From Eledone cirrhosa (lineage: Eukaryota), in assembly GCA_964016885.1 (NCBI GenBank), contig OZ024740.1:383718001-383782000 (forward strand): a stretch of DNA of 64,000 bases, read 5' to 3'. Positions 57,401 to 64,000 of this stretch are shown here, one piece after another. Numbering within the stretch: the first letter of the stretch is position 1; the number at the start of each line of letters is the position of its first letter. The notes under the pieces were generated by a model. The model made no database searches, was not told the origin of the DNA, and was given only the letters and a program-made list of their open reading frames with translations. The position numbers were made by a program, and so were the translations under genes.

Positions 57401-57730
57401 TAATAGTGAAAGATTGAAGAGTGACATGGTTGGCTGTACAATAAGGGGCTTTATTTCAGGTATTAACAATTGTTTCATTGATCAGGTGTGTCTAGAGGCT
57501 TCTAATCGCTCGAAGTTGCGTCTCTCGATCTCAAATACATTATTTACCTCTGATCAAATCCTCAGAATACAGGATTTGTTCAGAGGTATTTAATGTATTT
57601 GAGATCGAGTGACGCAACTTCAAGCGATTAGCGGCCTCTAGACTCACCTAATCAACGAAACAATTGTTAATACCTGAAATAAAGCCCCTTGTTTTACTGC
57701 TGACCATGTCACTCTTCAATCTTTCATTAT
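57401..57730. repeat. Diverged palindrome (~160-bp arms, 8-nt loop)
   Basis: aaatcct [cagaatac 57563-57570] aggattt; the arms match out to tgaaagattgaagagtgacatgg. Confidence 0.88.
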
Positions 57731-59639
57731 ATATATATATATATATATACATAATGCAAACGTACACACACACATATAATTATATATATATATGTGTGTG
57801 TGTGTGTCTGTGTGTGCGTGTGTGTGAGCGTGTGTGTGTGTGCGTGTTTGTGCGTGTGTGTGCGTGTTTGTGCGTGTGTGTTTATTGGTGAATTTCTGTC
57901 TGTGTTTGTGTTTATATATATGCATATATATATGTTTATATGCATGCCTGTGCGCGTGTTTCTGCAAGCTCTTTCTGAAAACCCGCCCGCACATATTTAT
58001 ATGAAAAACAATGGCGTAGAAAACAATACTTAGAAGTTCGTCTCAATGATAATACAGGAAAAGGAAACACATCTTATGAGTGAGAAGAGAAATTAAAGAC
58101 GGAAATGAAATGTGGAGAATGATTGATAGAATGGAAAAATAGAAAAAGAAAGTATGGAAGGAATATTGAAATAAAGAAGGATTGAAAAGGAAAGAACAAA
58201 GACATAAATAATGAAATATACGTTATAGAAAGGGGAAGAAAGAAAGGAAATTGTGTCACAAAAAGGAGTTTAAACAGAATCTGAAAAAAAGACTCAAGTG
58301 AATAAAAATGGCGGACACTTCGAATAAAGAATAACGAAATGAATAATAACGTATGGACAATTACGTATTATACGTAATAAAAATTGAATTTAAAAAATAG
58401 GTAGAGAATGTTTGAATGTGGCATAGCATGCTATTGGAGCAGGTGTGTTTATCAGTTATCGAAAAATGTATACAAAAATAAAGATTGAGCAGAAATAAAG
58501 AGTTAGAAAATATGTAATCAACTTAAAGAACTGATAATCAGAATTTCTCTCATTGACAACAAAACCATGTGCTACTGTAAGGAACAAATTATTATGTATT
58601 TCACTGATACACATTTTATCGTCCATGAAGGAACGAAAGCAAAGTTGACCATAATGAGATTTGAATTCCGAACGTGAATGAATATAAATACCACGAATGA
58701 ATTGCGTACGGTATTCTACAGATTTTGTTTGCCACTGTCCTATAGCTACTGATTATGCGAATATGTGAAAACACAGTAAATGATGGATTGAATGCAATTA
58801 AGTATAGAATTTCGTTTGTCTACGCTCTATGTTGAGCACTGCTAGGTTTCATTTCATACTATCGTCCTCTATGATCGATGTATTGTGTGCCAGTTATAAA
58901 CTGAAGGTGATCAATCAAATATAATCTGTGTTCTTGTCAACAGCAGATTATGGCCAACAGATGCCCGAATCAGATCCCAACAATGGTTCATTTTCCATTC
59001 TTCTATTGTCTGACTAACAATATATTAAACATAAAGGAATATGAAATAATAGACGAAAAGTTATGTTTTCTTCCAGGCCATCCTTCAGGCTAGACTCCAC
59101 AATATAAATGTACGTTTTATGTCAATTTAATTTATTTTACACTAAATAGCCACAAGCAATACATTCAAAGTATTTACTTATGACTGGGATAACAAAAAAT
59201 AATAATGTTTTGTATTCATTTTGTTAAAAAAGTGTTATAATATTTGCTTTCGTTGATGCTAAATCTTGCACTGGAAAATAATTCCGTGATGTTCTCATCC
59301 CTTAGTGCTCTTGGCAATTGCTCATGTGTTTAATGTTTTTTCCATTCCTACATTTTGCATTAATTAGTGTAATAAATGCTGTATGCCTTTTCATGTGAAA
59401 ATGAAGAAAACGAATGACGAACTGCAATATTGGTATCTACCTATGTCATTTTACTTTCTGTGTTCAAATCACATCGGAATGTAAACTGATTTTCCAAATT
59501 TCCGAAGTAAATTAAACACATATTGGCTTATTAGTGCGATCATCTTTAATCAGGTTTACACTTAATTGTATGTGTGTTCCCATGACAATGATAGCTATAT
59601 ATATCTATATATACAATGCAGTGAGACAGAAACATGTGT

Positions 59640-60190
59640 ATGCATCTGGTCATTCGATTCCTCCAGTTTCATGGCTACGAGCTCATGCTGCTCCATCTTC
59701 TTTTCTGATTCTGGGAAAGGTTAGAGCTTGAAAGCATTTTTTCCACACCTGTGCAGGTTAACATTTAGTATGGATTTTCGAGTCTTCCTTGGCCTACCCT
59801 TTCGTTTCTACCATCAGCTAGAAACCAGGCATGACATTGCTGTTCTTTGTTTGTATATTGTCCCACATAGGGCATGCCAGCCAGCAGGATTCCTCTACTC
59901 TTTATGACAAGACTCAAGCGTGTGGCATCGACTCTTCGAAGAACATCGTTTGTGATTTTGCCATGCCACCTAACGCCCAAGCTCATTTGGAGGCATCTTT
60001 GTTTGAAAGTATCAAACTGTGTTTTATAGTTCTGGCGGTACACTTCCATTAGTCAGCAGCAGTGGTTGTTGTTGTGGTAACAATTGACCAGAATAAGCTC
60101 AATTTAGTTTTTGACGAGAGGTTCTTGTTTTCCATATTGATTGGAATTTGTTGACTACTACAGCACCTTCTGCTATCCTTTGTTATTTAT
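59640..60190 (-). mobile_element. RTE-clade LINE relic
   Basis: DTFKQRCLQMSLGVRWHGKITNDVLRR. Confidence 0.7.
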
Positions 60191-60829
60191 AGAGAGAGAG
60201 AGGGATAGAGTAAATTGAGATATGCTCATTCATTCGTTCTCTGAGAGGAAAAATTAAAAAAGTATAAAGGAGAAATTAAAAACAAAAATTAATTAAATAG
60301 ACTAAGTAAATGGTTATGAAATCTAAAGAAAATAGAAAGAAAGCATATATCAAGAATAAAGAAAGTACAAATCCAAAAAAGATAATCATAGGATTTTCAT
60401 TTCTGTCAATAACATACGATGGTGAGAGAGATCAGTAAGATACAATGTTGAATTTAATCAAGTTTCTTTAGTTTATAATTTCGAATACTGATGAGGTTAG
60501 CTTCACATTTCATTCTCCAGAACTAGTTTAAATAAATAAATAACGCAAAGTTCTAAGCCCAATATAATCGATTATAATACATACTACGTATAATTGAGCT
60601 TATATGAGAAATATATAGCATATATGGCTTGAGGATGAATAGATGTCCTTGACCTTCAATCAGAAATAATTTTATTTTTCATCATATATCTATTGCATAT
60701 AATGTGTTCCATCCGTTTCAGTACTTAGTATAAAAATATATTACCTCACAAAAATGGCAATAAATTCAAAGTCAGTTTAGTCTGCAGGAAATGGGTTTCG
60801 ATTGTTGGTATTTTTTGTTGGGTATTTTA

Positions 60830-61720
60830 TTTCAAACTGAGCCAGAAATTTATTCAACAATGAATCTTATGGGGACACACAATGAATCTCATGTGAAACT
60901 CACAAGGGAGTTCTGCTCTCATATTAGCTTGTGTTGCAGTCACTCACAAACGCACTCAAACGTCTGACTCTTCTTCTGCCGCTTTTACGACTTTTATAAT
61001 ACATGTTTCCCAAACCTCACTGATGTTGAACTATCTCAACAGCACGATACAGCTTACACATATCTTCTCCTTTCTTTACACATGTGTGAATTATTAACTC
61101 CTACGTATCTCCTATCTTGTTTCTGTACCTATTTTGTTCGGAAATTTGTCCGCTTGCAACAATTTAAGTGGGACAAGTTTGGGATTATTTTCTTTCAAAA
61201 TGCAAATGACCTCAGCAAGCAATCACTATTACATTAAAACTTTTTTACAACGTCTCGACATCTAAAATGTTCGATGTATTAAGTGAAGTGTTCTTGTTCT
61301 TCTTCTATCCCCAAAATTCCTCATCAAGTTGACATAATGTCGACCACATTCTAAAGATTCCTTCGTCTTATTTGCATGCATTATCCAATGTCTCCTCTAC
61401 TAGAATACCATTTAAAGGCGATTTGTCTACTATATCTATCCGGTTAACAAATACTGGTTGGCTTCCATCTTCATCAGTAGAAAGTTGCAGTTTGCCAAGA
61501 GTGATAAAATGAAAGAAACAACGGCCCGCCATCTACAGCCCCCTTCTTTGCCTGTCGGCCGTCTACTACATGTGTTCAAATATCTTCAGGATATCAGTTT
61601 CTGTATATGCAATATATTCTGGCAAAGGTATAGTTTACCTGTTAACAATGTGTTTATACTCACGAACTCAAGAACTAATCCATGGTCATGAACCAGTGAA
61701 GGTAGTCATTAGATATTCCC
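60830..61720 (-). mobile_element. Possible piggyBac transposase relic
   Basis: Weak remnants (SRRCKKVLM, xWFMT and a Cys-rich end); no ORF. Confidence 0.25.
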
Positions 61721-62762
61721 TTAAACAATTTAGGTTCCTTCATTTGAACTGTCAATCCTGTAATATTTGTTTTTACCATTGATTCTGCCAACGTCTGTAG
61801 AAGGGTAAGGATTATGTGAAAACACTTAACTATCTATTAGTAGAAAATGGAAAACTTTAATCGAATAACCTCTTTATAGACGTATAGGCATTTGTGTGTC
61901 TTATGAATCATGCTTACGCGAAAGTTAAAACTATAAGGGAACAATTTCTCTGTTCTTTATATATTGTGTAGGTTGATAGTATTTGTCAATGGCCTGTTTT
62001 TAATTTGTATTTGTTCGTTGATACCTACATTTTTATTCATTTGTATATACTTTTATTTACTTTAATTGACTTGTTTCTTCATTTTCAATTTTCTCTATCA
62101 TTTTGTTGTTATATTATTTCATCAGGGAACTCTAAATATTTAAATTCAGTAGCAATTGCGTATCAGCGCTTCAAACCGTGAATAGCAAATGTGATGATAG
62201 CAAAGAATTTGAAGCATTCATACAAATGCACGTCCATACAGCAACACATGGGAATCTACCTAAAACAATACACGCATATACGCTCAGCACAAAAACTAAC
62301 AAACATATAGAATAATGAAAGAAAGGAATAAATAGAGAACAAATTTAACTCGATAAAAGTACTCAACTTGAAGAAATGTAATCAAACGTTCTAAATATTT
62401 ACTTTCTTTTGTATTTATTCCACCTCAAAACCATGTTTTCCCTTTATATGTTTGTCTTTTCTTTTTGCTTCATTTTCTACATATTTTTCATTCCCTCGAT
62501 TATTTCTCTCTCTTTCTTTTATTACCTTATCGTTTGTGTTTTAATATATTTAGTTTATACAAACAAACACACACATATTCACACACAAACGCACACACAA
62601 ACAGACATGCACACAAACACACACACACATACACACACACACACACACACAGATACACACTCATACTCACATATAAACTAACGCATATATGTACATACAT
62701 CATTTTTGTATTTGTTTTCCAAGATTTTTTATGTGAAAATGCGAGTTGAAACAAATATATCT

Positions 62763-63244
62763 ATACTTTGGAAGGGTCATGCTGCTAATAAAAACACACT
62801 CTCCAGTTGACTTTAACTTCAATTTATTATTATAATATCCATGATGGTTGTTTGGCTGGTAATTGTTAAAATTCTTTCATCACGCATTCTGTGTCTTCTT
62901 TTAGTTCTGTTTCACACCATCTTGTCTTAGTGACTCGTGTAACTGAACTGCAAGTGTGTTATATCCGTGTCTATGTGCGTCTTTATATATTCATTTATTT
63001 ATTCAATCATTCATTTATATGTTTCTCTCTCTTCTATCTTTCCGACATGTCACTGGTTAGTTAATTGTTTTCCTGATTTTTCCATTGTATATATGTGTGT
63101 GTGGCAAAGTGTTGTGTATATAACTTATTGATTTTAATTTTGTTCTGGTGCGTCTTTATATTGTCCTTAGTTACTATGCTCGAGTATGGTATTATTCCTC
63201 GTAGGCTTTCTAAGAGATGACATCACAATTTAGTGACTAAGGAC

Positions 63245-63246
<2 letters not shown>
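62763..63246. mobile_element. Old PLE 3' UTR copy (minus) with a short opposed plus piece
   Basis: tatactttggaagggtcatgctgctaataa resembles 3873-3902. acatcacaatt..taaggacaa at ~63220-63246 resembles 10030-10055. Confidence 0.7.
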
Positions 63247-63339
<93 letters not shown>

Positions 63340-63520
63340 CAAAATAGTCAGGAGCCCAACGGCTGAACTCCATCCGTTTCGTTAGCTAGAGCCGACCTGT
63401 TCGGATTTAGTTTAGCTGTTGAAACGGCCGGGGTATTGACTCTATTCCTATTATACACTCTACTACCGTAAGTAAAGAGTACTCTGGTGCGTTATGGTCC
63501 ACTTGGTTTCTTACCATATT
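63340..63520. repeat. Relative of the 25796 hairpin element
   Basis: ccgtttcgttagcta/tagctgttgaaacgg inverted pair, plus actctggtgcgttatggtcca. Confidence 0.6.
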
Positions 63521-63528
63521 TTCTTTGT

Positions 63529-63559
<31 letters not shown>

Positions 63560-63626
63560 TTATCTTTCTATCTCTCTGTCTGTCTTTGTCAATCTGCGTG
63601 TGTGTGTATATGTATATGTTTATATA

Positions 63627-64000
63627 TACAAGGGGCGACTGAATCTTTTTGAGCCTCACACAGAAAAGAAATTGTATGCAAATGAGATGTCTGTAGGAGC
63701 CAGCTTACATGGTCTAAATATTCTTATATTTCTTTTCCCTGATCCTTAAATTTCACGTCCTCAGTCGTTTCATAAATGGAGGAATTCCAGTATCAAGCAG
63801 TGAACAAGTATCTGTAATTGAAAGGCATGACAGCAGCTGAGATCCGTAAGAATATGCAACATACATAAGAGGACTATGCATCGCCATATGCCACTATCAA
63901 CTGCTGGGTAATGAATTCAAGTTTGGCAAGCAAGATGTCCAGAAACATGGTAGGCCATCAACATTGACCATACCAGAGAATATTGATCTTGTCCATGGGA
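63627..64000 (+). mobile_element. Mariner transposon 5' part (relic), runs off the window end
   Basis: TA-CAAGGGG TIR-like start. From 63776, MEEFQYQAVNKYL*LKGMTAAEI..SPYATINCWV..EFKFG is a mariner N-terminal HTH. Confidence 0.75.

Overview
AT-rich, microsatellite-dense eukaryotic DNA, probably a coleoid cephalopod such as octopus (inferred from the tRNA-derived SINE family). I found no convincing host exon; almost everything is mobile DNA. It contains Penelope-like elements (PLE; RT plus C-terminal GIY-YIG) in (TA)n tracts, R4/Dong-like RLE LINEs in (TACA)n tracts, a CR1-group LINE, RTE and Tx1/L1 fragments, mariner relics, SINEs and kilobase (TA)n arrays. The main result is about a dozen insertions in (TA)n tracts with one recurring architecture: head-to-head foldbacks whose 3' ends point outward, most carrying minimal type-I hammerhead ribozymes (HHR) with palindromic helix III. 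Several are non-coding units of about 466-735 nt present as tandem or circularly permuted copies. One has two intact HHRs 466 nt apart and another starts almost exactly at its predicted cleavage site. These look like a set of retrozyme-like, probably circular-RNA-forming elements mobilised by PLEs. All alignments and folds were done by eye, so boundaries are approximate.
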